Assembly: GCA_963693365.1 (NCBI GenBank)
Contig: CAVNZM010000001.1
Coordinates: 12,550,161 to 12,614,160 of the forward strand
Direction: 5' to 3'
Origin: Amoebidium appalachense
Lineage: Eukaryota; Protista; Ichthyosporea
Length of the DNA stretch: 64,000 nt
Positions 1-47,855 of this stretch are shown one piece after another; the stretch's first letter is position 1, and every line of letters starts with the position of its first letter. The position numbers and the translations under genes are program-made. The notes beneath the pieces were generated by a model. That model was not told the DNA's origin. It worked only from the letters and a program-made list of their open reading frames with translations, and searched no databases.

Positions 1-331
1 GAGAATGAAGACAGGGGATTGGTGGGTGAATCTTCCTTGCATTCATTTCTTGTCTCCCTTTTCTGATCCCCTCCCCCCTCCCCTCCCCCTCCCCCCTCCC
101 CCCCCCCCTCCCCCCTCCCCGCCCAACTACCCGCTTGCAAATCTTACGACGATTCCCTTTCTTCTTTCTGCATTTGTCTCGTATTGATATATTGATTAGC
201 TTCTGTTGATTTTCTACTTGATTGCTTCCTTTTGCTTATCATTATCCACTTCTCGTCAGAGGTTTCAAGTTTTTTGTTTATTTAATCTATTTCATTTTAT
301 TTTTGGGGGGGTTTTATGAAAGGTAAATACC

Positions 332-6172
<5,841 letters not shown>

Positions 6173-6399
6173 CTGCAAAGGGTACAAGGATGGGGCAGGT
6201 GAGCATCACATGCACATGAGCCTGTGTTGGGTACTTGTTCATCTTTATGTTGACGAATACTGTGTGGGTATTGTGTGTTCTCAAGCAAGTGTGAGTTCTT
6301 AACTGCACACGTAGGTAGTGTGAATACAATGGTGTAAAGAATAAAGCCGGAGCTCGACATACTTCCCGTGATCATGAATTCTGCAGAGATCGCAGCAGT

Positions 6400-7250
6400 G
6401 TTTACGGGAAGTGTTCAAGATCGCGTGGTGCTTTAGTATGTATATTCATATGAGGATTCAAATGCTTCTGCATATGAAGGGAAACAACATGCAAGCAAAT
6501 TATTGCATTTATACGATCTGCTAGCCTGAAAAAGATGCAAAACAGAAAAAAGGCAATAATCTTTAGAAATTCAATGCTTTCAAGAGTAGACACCATAGAT
6601 TGTTTTTAATCCACCCAAAACACACCCACTCTTTCTTCTCCTTTCCACCACCATACACTCACCTTTATTGACGAGTTGTCCACATCTATATTTGCTACAT
6701 CTGGCAATCAAGCATTAGGGCTCTGGAATGTCTTAAACTACGACACGACAACGCAGATTATGTGCACGCAATTACAACTGATGATTTCGAGAGAAGTGAA
6801 ACGCTTGGCCCTAGCTTAGTGTGCTGCGATCGAGGCCGGGAAGACAAGGGTGTTTGTCTGACTTAAACTTCAAGTTTCACCCCTATAGAAGTATTCGAGA
6901 AAGCTGCAACAGATGCAAATGAACGCAAACGTTGAGCTAGAGGTACACCATCTATTTGTTTCCAAGCACTAGTCTATGATAACATGTAGAAGTAGCCAGA
7001 ATCGTGATCTCGGCACACAAGAAACATTTCCCTGGTGGTGCGTTGGTAAAAGTAGAAACGTTTTGAACCAAGCCGCGAAGTGAAAGAAAGCAAAAGGCAC
7101 AAAAAAGCACTGATCGTGGAATGGATCTGCATGCCGATCCAGATCTCGCTTGCTGATTGGGTGCGTTAATCTCTCAAGGCATCGTTGATTGGTGCCACGA
7201 AGAGCAATAACCTAATCAGGTTATACCTCGAAGGGCCATGAACGTTTTTT
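6400..7250. promoter_or_regulatory. Probable divergent promoter region for the RUN gene (-) and HIP1 (+)
   Basis: Microsatellite-free stretch between head-to-head genes, with two TGATTGG (reverse CCAAT) boxes near 7155 and 7186. Both ATGs are preceded by acceptors, and a likely HIP1 5'UTR exon lies at ~8331-8411 (ttgcag...GAG|gtgagt). TSS not determined. Confidence 0.4.
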
Positions 7251-7391
7251 TGTTTGTGCCACAGTCTTAGCTGCAGGGTTAGCTTCTGCCGAGCTGAGAA
7301 TCTGCGGGCGGCCTAGGGTCAAAGCACACAAGCACCGCGTGCAAGCATTCACGAGCTGTATATGACTCCAGTTACAGTTAGTGCGTGTGTG

Positions 7392-7436
<45 letters not shown>

Positions 7437-8056
7437 CGTGTATCTGCGTGGTTTTTTGTCATGTACACAGCGGCAGCTTGCACAACTTCGTGTTGTAAAC
7501 AATCGGCTTGCATGCATGATTTGGTTATACAAGAAGTTCTGATAGAATCAACCAAACTTAAACAGGGGGCAATGAGAGTGATGGTAAAGGTGCGTTGTGG
7601 CATTTATTTGTCTCTCACAGGAAATGAGACGAGTATGAGGGCTATTGTGAAAAGCTAGCAGCAAAACGTTTGCTGTACAGTACGCGTCCGACTAATAACG
7701 AACGGCCACCAGTTGCCGTGAGACTAGATCTCTCCAACCCATCCCTCTCTCCCCCCCCCTTCACCTCTCTCACTCTCTTCCCCCTCACCTTCTCTCCCTC
7801 GGAGTCTCCCTCCGCCTCTCTCTTTCTTTCCGTCTCGCCCTCTCTCTCTCCCCCCACACACACACAAACACACACACACACTCCCTCTCTATTTCCCTCA
7901 CCCTCTATCTCCCTCTTCCTCTCCATCACACACCACACACACACACACATACACACATGCACACACACAAACACACTCAGCTTCCCTCCCCTCTCCCCAA
8001 TCTCTCACTCACACACACACACACACTCTCTCTCTCTCCCTCTCTATCTTTCTCCC

Positions 8057-8097
<41 letters not shown>

Positions 8098-9065
8098 AAA
8101 CGTGTCTCCCCCCAGCATGTAGGCACAACCTACACACCACTACTACATCTCACACAATGCAGGATCAGACTGAGTGAGCCACAGCCATTTTGTGCCGCCA
8201 ATCACCACATTAGTCTAACTCATCTTTGGGCTATTTTACGTCATTGCGATGCATTTTGGAATAGTTTTCGAAGCGGTTCAGCAGAGTATCACTAAAGACT
8301 ACCCTTCGCTTTTTTTTTTTTTTTTTGCAGTGAGACGTGAGACTCATTCGGCGAGTTAAGCGAAAGAAATTTACCTACGATCGAAGATCATCTAGCGGCC
8401 TCAAAGTAGAGGTGAGTGATGTGTGCAAAGCTGCCAAAGTATAAAGACAGGTCGTAGTAATTGCACTGGTTTTACGCCAGCTGCCGAAGCCACAGCCCTG
8501 CAGCTTGAGATGGCCGTCAAAAACGTCAAACTATACGGAAGCATCTGACGAATCTTTTAAAGTGTTTTTGTGGGGGGGTGCCCTACACATTTTTTGCCAG
8601 TCAAGCGTCTAAGGGTTCAGCGATTCCGTGGCGTGCTTTAAAAATCAACGCAGTGTCTCCTTGCACGCTCTCTCTGTTAACACCTGCAAGGCATGAAGTT
8701 GTGCTGCAGGCACTGTGCAGCGCCAAGAACACCGGACACACAAACGTGCTCGCACACACGTACACGCACACGCACACGCACAGACGCGCACGCATGAATG
8801 CACGCACTGACACAGAAACGCACGCACGCACGCGCGCCGTGGCGCACACACAGGCACACACACGCACACACACGCGAAGGAGATCACTCATTACTGCACA
8901 ATTTTTCGGACGAACACCAGCACCAGCACTGAAACATGCACACACACCAGTTAAGTTACAACCGATACAGAGAAAAATCCAAAGCACACACACATACCCT
9001 TTATGTTCCAGTTTTACGCACCCGCACGCGCAAACACTAGCACACGCACTAGCATATGACGGCAT

Positions 9066-9192
<127 letters not shown>

Positions 9193-9267
9193 CACACACT
9201 CACACACACCAGATCCCTTTTTATACGAAGATATCTAACCCCCTTGGCCCTTGCAGGCACAGCAGCC

Positions 9268-29711
<20,444 letters not shown>

Positions 29712-30729
29712 GAGACGAGAAATGACACGTGCGGGATATGTTTCTGCTGAGTTCTGGAACTTGTGTGATATGTTTATGTTGAGGTATCAGAGTTGTGTGA
29801 TGTAATGCTGTTGGATATATTACACTTGTGTGATATAATAGCGGTAAAGCATACATGACACGTGTGAGCAACAGTGATACAGCCTCCCCCGGCGGGAGGG
29901 AGGGGAGAGGGGGGGAAGGGGGGGAATGATGTTAAAGTGTGTGATATAATAGTGCTAGAGGTCCGACACGTCCGAGAATATTTACTGATGGAGATATGAT
30001 ACGTGTGGTGTGTTATTGGTTAGAGATAATACGTTTGATATATATGCTGATTTTATTGGGAGATATATATAACCGTACCTGTGAGATTAGGTGGAGCGGT
30101 GCCCACTCAAATGTCCAAAGTGATAGGGCATGCGTTACATAAAAAGCACTCTTCAATTAAGTGTATGTGTGATAGCCATATCCAACAGCATATGTAACCG
30201 GCAAGCCATTTGCAAGTCAGGGGCGTGTGGCTTATGTCGATAAATCTGCTGAGTTTGGGGCTTGCATGCACTAAGTTGATTAGGGAGCCTTCTTACTTTG
30301 AATGGGTATGAAAAAAATTGGTGCCTGGTTGTGGGGGGGGGGGAGGGTACAACTAAATTTATCATAAATATTGATTCGCGCAAATATATTAGACATCAGG
30401 TGACCGTTTGGTTGCCTTTAATGACCTTCGTGATAAGCCCATTTCTGTAGGCTTTGGAAAGGATAATGCTTGTCCACAACTAGTACTTGTATCATAAGGC
30501 CATAACCTGTTTAACATGCTTTCAGCACAACTGCATTCTAAAGCTGCCGTTCAATGCACAAAGGAAACCGAGGCGAGTGGTTTGCACAAAGAGAATTTTT
30601 GGAATAGAAAGGTTGAGTTCAGAAGGGGAGACCGTCGCCAGAAAAAAAGGAGAAGGTTTGGTTTTTTTTTTTTGGTTTTTTTTTTTTTTTTTTGGTTTTT
30701 TTTGGTTTTTTTTTAGCAGTGGTGGTGGT

Positions 30730-30760
<31 letters not shown>

Positions 30761-30761
30761 A

Positions 30762-30795
<34 letters not shown>

Positions 30796-31046
30796 CTTGT
30801 CTACCAACTTGCATGCAAATATAACAGCCGAATAATCATAATTCCACCCGAGGAAGTTTTGGTCATGGTGGTGAGCACAGGTACATGTAGCGCAGGAGGT
30901 GTGTGTTGGGAGGAGGTTGCTCAAGAATATCAGTTCTTCAGCTCCAGTGCTAATCGTGTGGATCCCTTGGTTGATTTTGCCATGTGACTGGCAGCTAGGC
31001 CATGTACACTGTGGTTGCCGTGGGAGGGAAGGAGGAAGAGGCAGAA

Positions 31047-31080
<34 letters not shown>

Positions 31081-31574
31081 GGTACTGCAAACACACTGTT
31101 GATGGGGTGCTAGGTTATTCAAAGTTTATTTGTAAGGAAAAATCACATGACTGCAATAGACAGTGTCCTAGCACTAAAGAAGTGCACAATTACATATGTT
31201 CGTAAACAGGCATGTTTGATTTAAGATTCGTGAATTACCGAACTGCTTGGGCTTTGTAGCCGATAGAATTGCAGGCTGTCGTGCACAGATTAACATTTCT
31301 CAAGGTGGTTCTTACAGTTGGTAGTTGCATGATGTTTTCAAATGTGCTATAGGCGTGTGTTATGTGTGTGGTGCGTTGGTTTATATTGCGTATTCACAAC
31401 TCTGCCCAAACCTGCCCTAACGCACCATCTATGAACATCTTTTACACGCATGTTATCCAAAGCCATCACGGACAGATTCGTATGGCCAGTAGTATAAAGA
31501 ACCAATCCAGTTACCACATTCGCAATCTTTCATGCTCTCTCTCTGATATATCCCAGCTCTAAACCTTTTGCTGA

Positions 31575-31847
31575 TTAATCCAGCTTGACACGCACGTACA
31601 CCACGTCGCTTGCCCTCAACGTTGCCTGCGGATACACACCCAGAGGTGTACTTAGCGCAGACACGTGTACGTGTTCCTGTGTGGAGTCTGTGCCTTGAAA
31701 CACCCCTGTGCATGTCTGCCTGCCGTGAAGAGAAAACGTGGCCGAGTGGCCAGACAAAGCCTGAAGGAGCCGAAGACTACGCGCGCGGAGAAGTGTTTTT
31801 GCTTCTTGCTCGCTGTGGGGGTTTTCGAGGGTCGTTGGTATGGACAT
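31575..31847 (-). CDS. GEMIN7: Gem-associated protein 7 (SMN complex, Sm-like fold), intronless, 90 aa
   Basis: EQEAKTLLRARSLRLL...F.L...GVFQGTD...VSALSTPLGVYPQATLRASDVV matches the Gemin7 pattern (EQ.ARA.LRER.LR...VSQLQTPIGV..EALLR.SDII). Confidence 0.85.
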   Translation of the reverse strand: MSIPTTLENPHSEQEAKTLLRARSLRLLQALSGHSATFSLHGRQTCTGVFQGTDSTQEHVHVSALSTPLGVYPQATLRASDVVYVRVKLD

Positions 31848-32524
31848 GGTGAAAGGTTGGGGTGGGGCGAAAGCTGAGATTATGTGATACTGGCTACGAG
31901 TTTACGTGTAGTGTTACCCTTTAAAGGGATGGTCTAAGCTGTCGAGGGCATGGGTTTGTGAGACTTTTAGTATCTATGTGCTGGCAATGAAAAAGCAGAT
32001 CATAAGTGTGCCTGAGACAAAAAGAAAGAAAAGAAAAAGAACTCTGGGCAGTGCCGCCGCAGCGGGAGTGCGCCGGCAGGACTGGATCTATGATTTGCGT
32101 AATTTTTCTCGATGAATTCATTGGCTGATATTGCATCAAAAGCCGGTGACTGGTAGCTAATGGCATACGTGTTCCATTGGTACAGCCTAAACTACTCGAG
32201 TTGTACATATCAGTGAAAATGAAACATTCAAACCCAGTGCATTGATCCTATTGATTTTATAAGCAGATAACTATGTAAACAAATTAAAGTACAAATAATC
32301 TGCATCTATAAGTATTTGGACGACCCAACAAGGTGCTCCTTGGCCTCATGAAGCCCCCACACTCCCCTCTGAGGGCCTCCTCTTGATGTGTCACGTGTAA
32401 CAGTGTGTTTTCATCCCGTCGTATGATTAGATTTTGATCACGATCTTTTTTTTTTAAAGAAAGAGAAATGACTAAATATGGTCAACTTGAATGGCTAATA
32501 AATTGGATTTGCTCAGTGGTGCAC

Positions 32525-33030
32525 CCACAGCCAATCAGCAGGAGCAAGCCTTATGACTCATGAATAATCAGGAGTCATGGGGCGAGTGGCCGAGCGAGAC
32601 CGAAGTTATTTCGGCGAGCCGTCGGTTATTTTGGCGAGCCGATAGGCGAGCCAAAATAATCGTCAAGGCGAGCCGAAATAACGAGGTCGAGCGAGGACAC
32701 GAGCCGACATGATCCGGTTACGATATGACCCATAAAGATTTAGCATTCACTTTATTGATACATTATGCAAACTTTAACTCGGTTATTTGATTCATACATC
32801 ATTACATTCACATTTCAGGCTCATTTTCCTAGTGATCGCTTTGATTGGCTAGCAGCGCACTCACCCATTAACCCGGTTATTCGATTCCTCTAACCCAATA
32901 GAAATGTCCATAGCCTGGTTATTTCGGTGAGTGCGCTCTAGGCCAATCACGGCAAGACTAACTGAAGTTAAAGGTCGTGTCGTCATCCAATCAGATCACA
33001 CCCCGACGCTCGGAATATCGTAACCTGGAA
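32525..33030. mobile_element. Palindromic non-autonomous element, possibly Crypton-like
   Basis: Hairpin at 32571-32715 with repeated CGAG/CGAG mismatches; second inverted pair TGATTGGCTAGCAGCGCACTCACC (~32842) / GGTGAGTGCGCTCTAGGCCAATCA (~32926); third pair CCGGTTACGATAT / ATATCGTAACCTGG. Boundaries and superfamily are uncertain. Confidence 0.45.
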
Positions 33031-34116
33031 TCAACAATCAACAAACAACAAGAGTACTCAAGATGCCGTGTTGGCTTCACAAATGTCACTCATGTGCCTC
33101 ATAATTCGAAATAATACCTTCTTTTTATTCCTCTTTATTTATACCATTGGGCTGTATACAAATAAAAGATAATATAAAAATAGGCGTATGTAGTTGGTCC
33201 ATCTGACGCAGGTTTTCGGTCGATGTAGAGATGATCTATCTGGCTCTTCGATTGCGAGCAGATCTAATATTAGTCAGAGTCTGGGTCCCGTAAAGACCGC
33301 AGGGTGAACATAGTTAAACCACAATAATACGGTGTGCACACGTTGAATTTACTGTCCAGAGTTTTGCCTATGATTTGTTTTTCTTTGTTGTGAGACTCAA
33401 CAGCTATCGATGTATATACTATTAAAGGTCGAACAACATGTAATAATAGGCGTCGATAGCTAGTGTAGTATCGAGATCAGCTGGTCTTGCAAATTTCAAG
33501 TTGGGGGCTGTGTGTGTGTGGGTATTCAAATTTTTCCTAGACGTATGTAGAGTGGTGCATGAAACATACATATATCAGGTAGTCTTATAAAAGAACATAA
33601 TACGGTAGTTGACGGCCCCTCTTGCCTGACCCCAGAAGTACCCTGAGTGTGCTACAAACCCCTCGTCTCCCCCACGTGGTGCACATTTGGTGAGGCGTTG
33701 ACGGCCCAACGTGGCTACTGCAAACTTCTTCTGTATGTATCCGATTGACCTCCTACTTGGATGGGTAAGTGGTGCAACAAAATGAACGGCCCAATTGCAA
33801 GGTGCTTCCGCAATACGCACACTGACGTAAGCACGCAGATTTCTCACGCTGCACAATGTGTGCCCATGTTGAGCTTGCAAAAACACTGTGGAAGACACGC
33901 AGCATACGCACATGCCGAGAGGTGCAGGTTGTCACATGCATACTGTACATATATGCCATAATGTAACGCACATTACTGTTGCACATGTGAAACGCGCAAA
34001 CAACCACACACACGCGCGCGCACACACAAGCACGTACGCACACAGTCGCACACACACACGCATGCAGGCAGGCAGGCACGCACACACGCACACACGCGCA
34101 CATGCACGCATGCACG

Positions 34117-34263
<147 letters not shown>

Positions 34264-34457
34264 TGACACACACACGCACAGATTGTGTATATAATTTCCA
34301 TTGATTTTTCACCTGAAGAGAGACAGTTAGATTCTGAACAGCATGATTTCTTGATAGCATTACGGCTTTAATCAATAGTAGCTAAGTAGTACCGTAAGTG
34401 TTAGTAAGGGTGTGTGTGTGTGTGTGGAGAACAAATATACTCCCGTTCACATACACA

Positions 34458-34500
<43 letters not shown>

Positions 34501-34825
34501 GCACACACGCACTGTGACACAGACGCACACAAACACCGTGACACACACACACAAACACACGCGCACGCGCACGCAACCACACGCGCACATGCACACCTCT
34601 CGCGCCATCATAATTCAATAGCAAGCTTGTTTTGAAAATATCGCCTCTAAACCTGGTTCAAGTGGAAAACAGACATGTGCACATGCACCAGTACAGTATC
34701 TTGAAGCTGATCCCCCCCCCCCCCCCTCCGACCCCACCCATCATGAATGTGTATTTTGTACTATAAATATATCCCGCCCCCCCTTCCCCTCCCCCCTTCT
34801 CCCCCTCCCCCCCCCCCCCCCCCCC

Positions 34826-35618
34826 TGTTGGAAGTAGAGTCCGCTGTGACTAGGGTCGTCGTGGCGCGCTTGGGCGCTGACCCGTTTTTAGCTGCTTTCA
34901 GTGTGTTAACTCCATGACTGAACTCCATGACTGAACTCCATGACTGCACCTGGCAGAGACGTGGCTTATATACCCGTGGGGCAGCAGTCTGGAATGTAAT
35001 CCGGATGCCAGGCGCTAATCGGATTGGTTACTTTCATTTAGAGATCTCTGGGACCAGTGAACCAATCGTTTGCAGTCAAAACACAATTGGCAACATTCCT
35101 CAACTATGCAGATGTGCATGTGGTGATCGAGTGTCAGCGTGTGTCTGTGTACACGGAACCAATTGTAAAGCTAACATACACATATTGTGGAGTGAGCGTA
35201 AGTCTGCACTCCAACACCCCTACCCAATTGGAGAAGTGTACACACCACTAGAGAAGAGAGAGTGAGTGTGGCTGCTTGCAGGGTAGACCGGGGTGTGCAT
35301 TCCACTGTGGTGCGTGCCCCGCCAATGAAGTAAAATACTTGACGTTGATGTCGCAGGCTGCTGCGGATGGAGTTTGTCGAAGCGAAAGTCTCTACTTCAC
35401 GGAAATACGCTCGCGGGTGTAGGGTACAGCCTAGAAGTCGGTTTCTGGCTCCTCCGTTCAAGGCGTCGTAGGGGACGTGAAGTTAGAGGCCGCGGTGTCG
35501 TGTCTGGGCCCATAACCCTGTTGGAAGTAGAGTCCGCTGTGACTAGGGTCGTCGTGGCGCGCTTGGGCGCTGACCCGTTTTTAACTGCTTTCAGTGTGTT
35601 AACTCATGACTGAACTCC
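34826..35618 (-). mobile_element. Copia-type non-autonomous miniature LTR element (TRIM): full 3' LTR 34826-35216, ~300-bp internal region, truncated 5' LTR 35519-35618
   Basis: ~100-bp direct repeat at 34826 and 35519; LTR bounded by TGTTGG...CCAACA. On the minus strand, PBS GGTTATGGGCCCAG (35517-35504) follows the 5' LTR and polypurine tract GGGTAGGGG (35225-35217) precedes the 3' LTR. Confidence 0.85.
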
Positions 35619-35978
35619 GTCCCATCGCTATTTCCTAAGGCCTCTTCCCTCCGTTCTCGTCTGCTAATCCCCTCCCATCCCTTGCCCCTTTCTTCTTTTC
35701 ACATACTCTCCGGCCCCATAATCAAACCACCCCCCCCCCTCGAGTCCCCCCTCCCCCTCCCCCCTCGCCCCCTTCCCCCTCCTTCCCCCCTCCCCCCCTC
35801 TCCCCTTTCTCCATGATTTGTCCCGACGTCCCTCTCCCCAACCTTCCCCTTCCCTCCCCCTCTCCCCTCTTCTCCCCCCCCCTCCCCCCCCCCCCCCCCC
35901 CCCCCCCGCCGCCCTTTCTTCCTTCAGCTTGGGCATGTTTCCTTCTTGGCAATCGCTGTGCATGTTTTCCTCACAGTT

Positions 35979-38346
35979 AATGGCCACAGGAACGGCCCAC
36001 CACCACCAATCAAATCATGGAAAAGCCCACTAAGGGTCTCCTATTGGTCATTGGTCACGGAGCAGAAGCAATAAAACGGACGGTGCCGAAACTGCAACCT
36101 GCCGAAGGTTTATTCGACGTGCCCCAATATGTGCGATGGGGGGTTCCAAAAATGCAAAGTTGATGGGTCGGAGTGCAAGCGCTGATACCGTCCAACACGT
36201 GCTCGTAGTTACCGCAACACCACCAAGAACCGATCCACACCCGATTACCGAAACGAAACTATCTGCTCAGAAATTGGCAATTCAAATTCGGTATGTCCGC
36301 ATTCCGCGCCTACCAATCACATAATGCCATCACCTAAGACGTTTTCAGGTGCACGGGATTCGATAAAAGCAACAGGACCACATTTACGGCTATACGATGA
36401 GTGGAGGAGGAAAGAGAGGGAGGCAGCCCAGGCTGCCGAGGCAGAAAGACAGCTTCAACAGGCCCTGGCACGGAAAAGCAGATCGGCCACCTATGTTGGG
36501 GTGAATCCGACCACCACCTTGCAGAGAGGGGGGTCCTTTATGTGCACTCCTACCGGGGCACCTATGGGTCGTACTCAACCGACTTCGCTGCCGACTGAGC
36601 GGTCGGTAATACAACAGACCCACAGGGAGCCTGAGACTTGCGACACAGCAATCAACAACAACAGTGCAAACAAATTTGCTGGTCTGATCGCAGAAGTCCA
36701 CCCGCCAACACGACCAAAATACCCCAAAAATTGCCACGATGCAACAAAATACCCCCTTCCGTCACTCCCGAAGTGTGTAGTGTGCAACCTGAGCACATGG
36801 TCCTCATTACACCAGACACCCCCACACATTCCCTATCAGAGACAGAAACTCGCTCCATAAACCCCCCTGTAATTCACGCCGTTACCCAACGTACAATCGG
36901 AATCGCCCGTGGCACCATCCATGTCACCATTTGTTGCCTCTGCGCATTCAGCGGAAATTTCAGCTTCGACCCCACCATCAACCAACACCAACGACACTAG
37001 TGTAGTTACAAGACGCCTACCCAATGAACATTCAAACCCTCAACTTCGAAATTCGCTCGTAAATATATCCGAAAATGCTGACGACCTATGTGCCAGCGGT
37101 GATGCATCGGACGGCTACAGCAGCGATGATACTAATAGCTGCACCGGAACCGCACCAGAGGGGGAGGTGGGGGATAATAACACGGCCGCGGTAGATATGA
37201 CGGAGATATTTTCGGAGGAGGGGAAGGAGGGGGTGGAGACTGCGACATCCATCGAAATGTAGCAACTGTAGCGATACATCGGGCGGAAACGAGAACGAAC
37301 TAGAACCTTCTGCTGCCAGCCACAACGAAAACCAATCAAAAGACCCAGATGTGACCCTTGCCCAATTAAACCACGTCGCTGTAGCGATGGTGGTGCATAT
37401 CGATCCCCCCCCCCCCCCCCCCCCCCCCCCCCATGGTCGACTTGGAGCAGATTCGAAGACTGTTTGCACCATCAAAATGCCACCACAGCACCGGCCATGT
37501 GGCTTGGGTGGGTTTAAGCGAGCATCGGGACTATGACGTACCAATGGCCACATGTCATCGGTGGGGGTTGCTGGATCTAGGGAGACTGTTGCACCCACCC
37601 GGCCACCACGACCTCAAAGCTGGGGGGCTCAGCAGAAAATAGCGTGATTGCAAGAAACGTGTGGTGTCCAGTTCCATGGAGACACATTATAGGCACCCGT
37701 ACGACGTCGCAAAGCTAGTGGAAAAGGAAGCTAAGCGGGCAAGGAAGAAGGACGAGAAAGAGACCAGAAAGAGGGAAATTGAAAAGGAAACAGGAGGCAG
37801 CCACCGCTTTAGCCAATATGGCCGCACGTCTGAAATACGGCAGCGGCAACAATGAACCCTTCAATCAGAAAGCAGCAATAAATCTTAAAAACGACGGCCA
37901 ATCGGAACCCTTATCCGGAGGGACAGATGGTGGCAAGAGAGCAAGTGGTTTAAGAGGCATGCTCAAGAAAAAGGGTCGGCGCGAATCCACCCAGTCCGAT
38001 GGCTCTCAGCCCCTTTACTCATCCCCAATGTTCCTTCCGCTCACCTCGAACAAAGCCACCACCACCGCCACCACCAATACGGGCGCAAGCAGGAAAGTAA
38101 GCCTTCCTACGGTTCTTGCTACAAACACTCCGCAAATTAGTTCCCAAACGGCTCCGTTCCATCGTGTGTCTGGTCTTACCGACATAATTTGGCGCGCCCA
38201 GTTTTGCTGATTGCAGCCAGCCTGGGCCAAACCTCATCAAGCACTGACTATCACGGTCGCTAGACAACATTACGGAAGATGAACACACAGAGAGCGAAAG
38301 CATTCACCCACCCACCAAAAAAACACATGTGAATTTTAATTTTTAA
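35979..38346 (+). pseudogene. Decayed intronless ORF of unknown, low-complexity/coiled-coil protein
   Basis: Protein-like segments 36324-36860, 36909-37262, 37433-37642, 37661-37855, 37779-38210 and a tail ...LSRSLDNITEDEHTESESIHPPTKKTHVNFNF* are linked by in-frame TAA/TAG/TGA and several frameshifts. No family recognised; the 5' boundary is uncertain. Confidence 0.55.
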
Positions 38347-38838
38347 GGCCCAACCCGCATGCCCAGGTAAAACGGATAGGTGCGCTGACCGGCGGCGCTC
38401 CCACAGCAGCGATTCCACAGCGGCAACAAGGGGGTGTGTGTGGGAGGAAGGGTACATGTTTGAGATATCGGTGCATTTGATAGGTTGGAGCGCCAGGCCG
38501 GGCGACTTCGAGGTGCCTGGTGGTAGGGGGAGCAGGCAGGGTAGCTTGGGGAGTGTTCCACATGTCTATGCATAGATTTGGCGGGGTGTGTATTTGGGGG
38601 GGAAGATTGATAGAATGTTTGACAATGTCCTTTCTGGTTGTTTATGACTTCAGTTAGTATACCCGGTATACCCGATTAGCAAAAGTTGTAGTCGACGTTG
38701 CACATAGTGTACGAGTGTTTTGTGTTTTGCTTGATCTCAAAAATTCTAAAGAATCTCGGGCCGTGACTACAACAGTTTCTAGATTTAAGTAGCATATCTG
38801 TATCATAAACAGTACAACAAAAATGCTCTTGTGTGATT

Positions 38839-38891
<53 letters not shown>

Positions 38892-39655
38892 TGGGGATAG
38901 GATGGTCGTGGTCGGAGAGGGGAGGGAGGGGGGGGGGGGGGGGGGGGGGGGATGAGGGCAAGTGGCCAAGGGACATGTATACAACGACGCTCAGGAGGCC
39001 CCCATGCTGGCATCGATCAAATGTGTTTATTTTCATAGGAAAAACTTCAAAAACCCGGTGAAAAGAACCGAAAAAGCAAAAATGCAGCAAGCAACTCCCG
39101 TTATGTCATGTTTAGAACTCCCATGCATGTGAATATCAGGGATATCTTGTTTTAGATCATGAGGGGAATCACGATGGTTGCGCGTTGTGCCCCGGTCAAT
39201 CGTATGATATATCCACCCTAAAACTATCCAAATACTATCTCCAGATTGACAGAAACGTGATAGCTTGTCTTCAACATAACACCCCACGCTTCCATTCCTG
39301 TGGCTGCCATATACGCATAGCTCACCTATTTCTTGGACGTGCCAACAACAGCATCGCACAACGAAGACGATACAGCCTACACATATCCACATACACAACT
39401 CCACTATTTCCCTCGGGGGGGAGGAGGAGGGAGGGGGGGGGGGGGGGGGGACAGAGAGATTCACGGAAGACTGAGACACAGTCACTGACTGAGACACAGT
39501 CACACAAGCAGCGGTGCCCAAAAAACTTTATCTATATCATTGAAATGCATATACTTCAATTTATGCGACAAGTGCACAACTACTACGATTTGAGACAATA
39601 AAATAGACAACATAAAATTTAAAACGACGGGTTTGTCCTCATATAAAAATTAAAA

Positions 39656-47855
<8,200 letters not shown>

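Noticed and set aside
36324-38346. Stop-codon reassignment (TAA/TAG read as Gln)
   Set aside because: Genes in this window terminate at TAG (HIP1, cyclophilin), TAA (Gemin7) and TGA (SCAMP, HERP) with no internal stops, and the region also has frameshifts.
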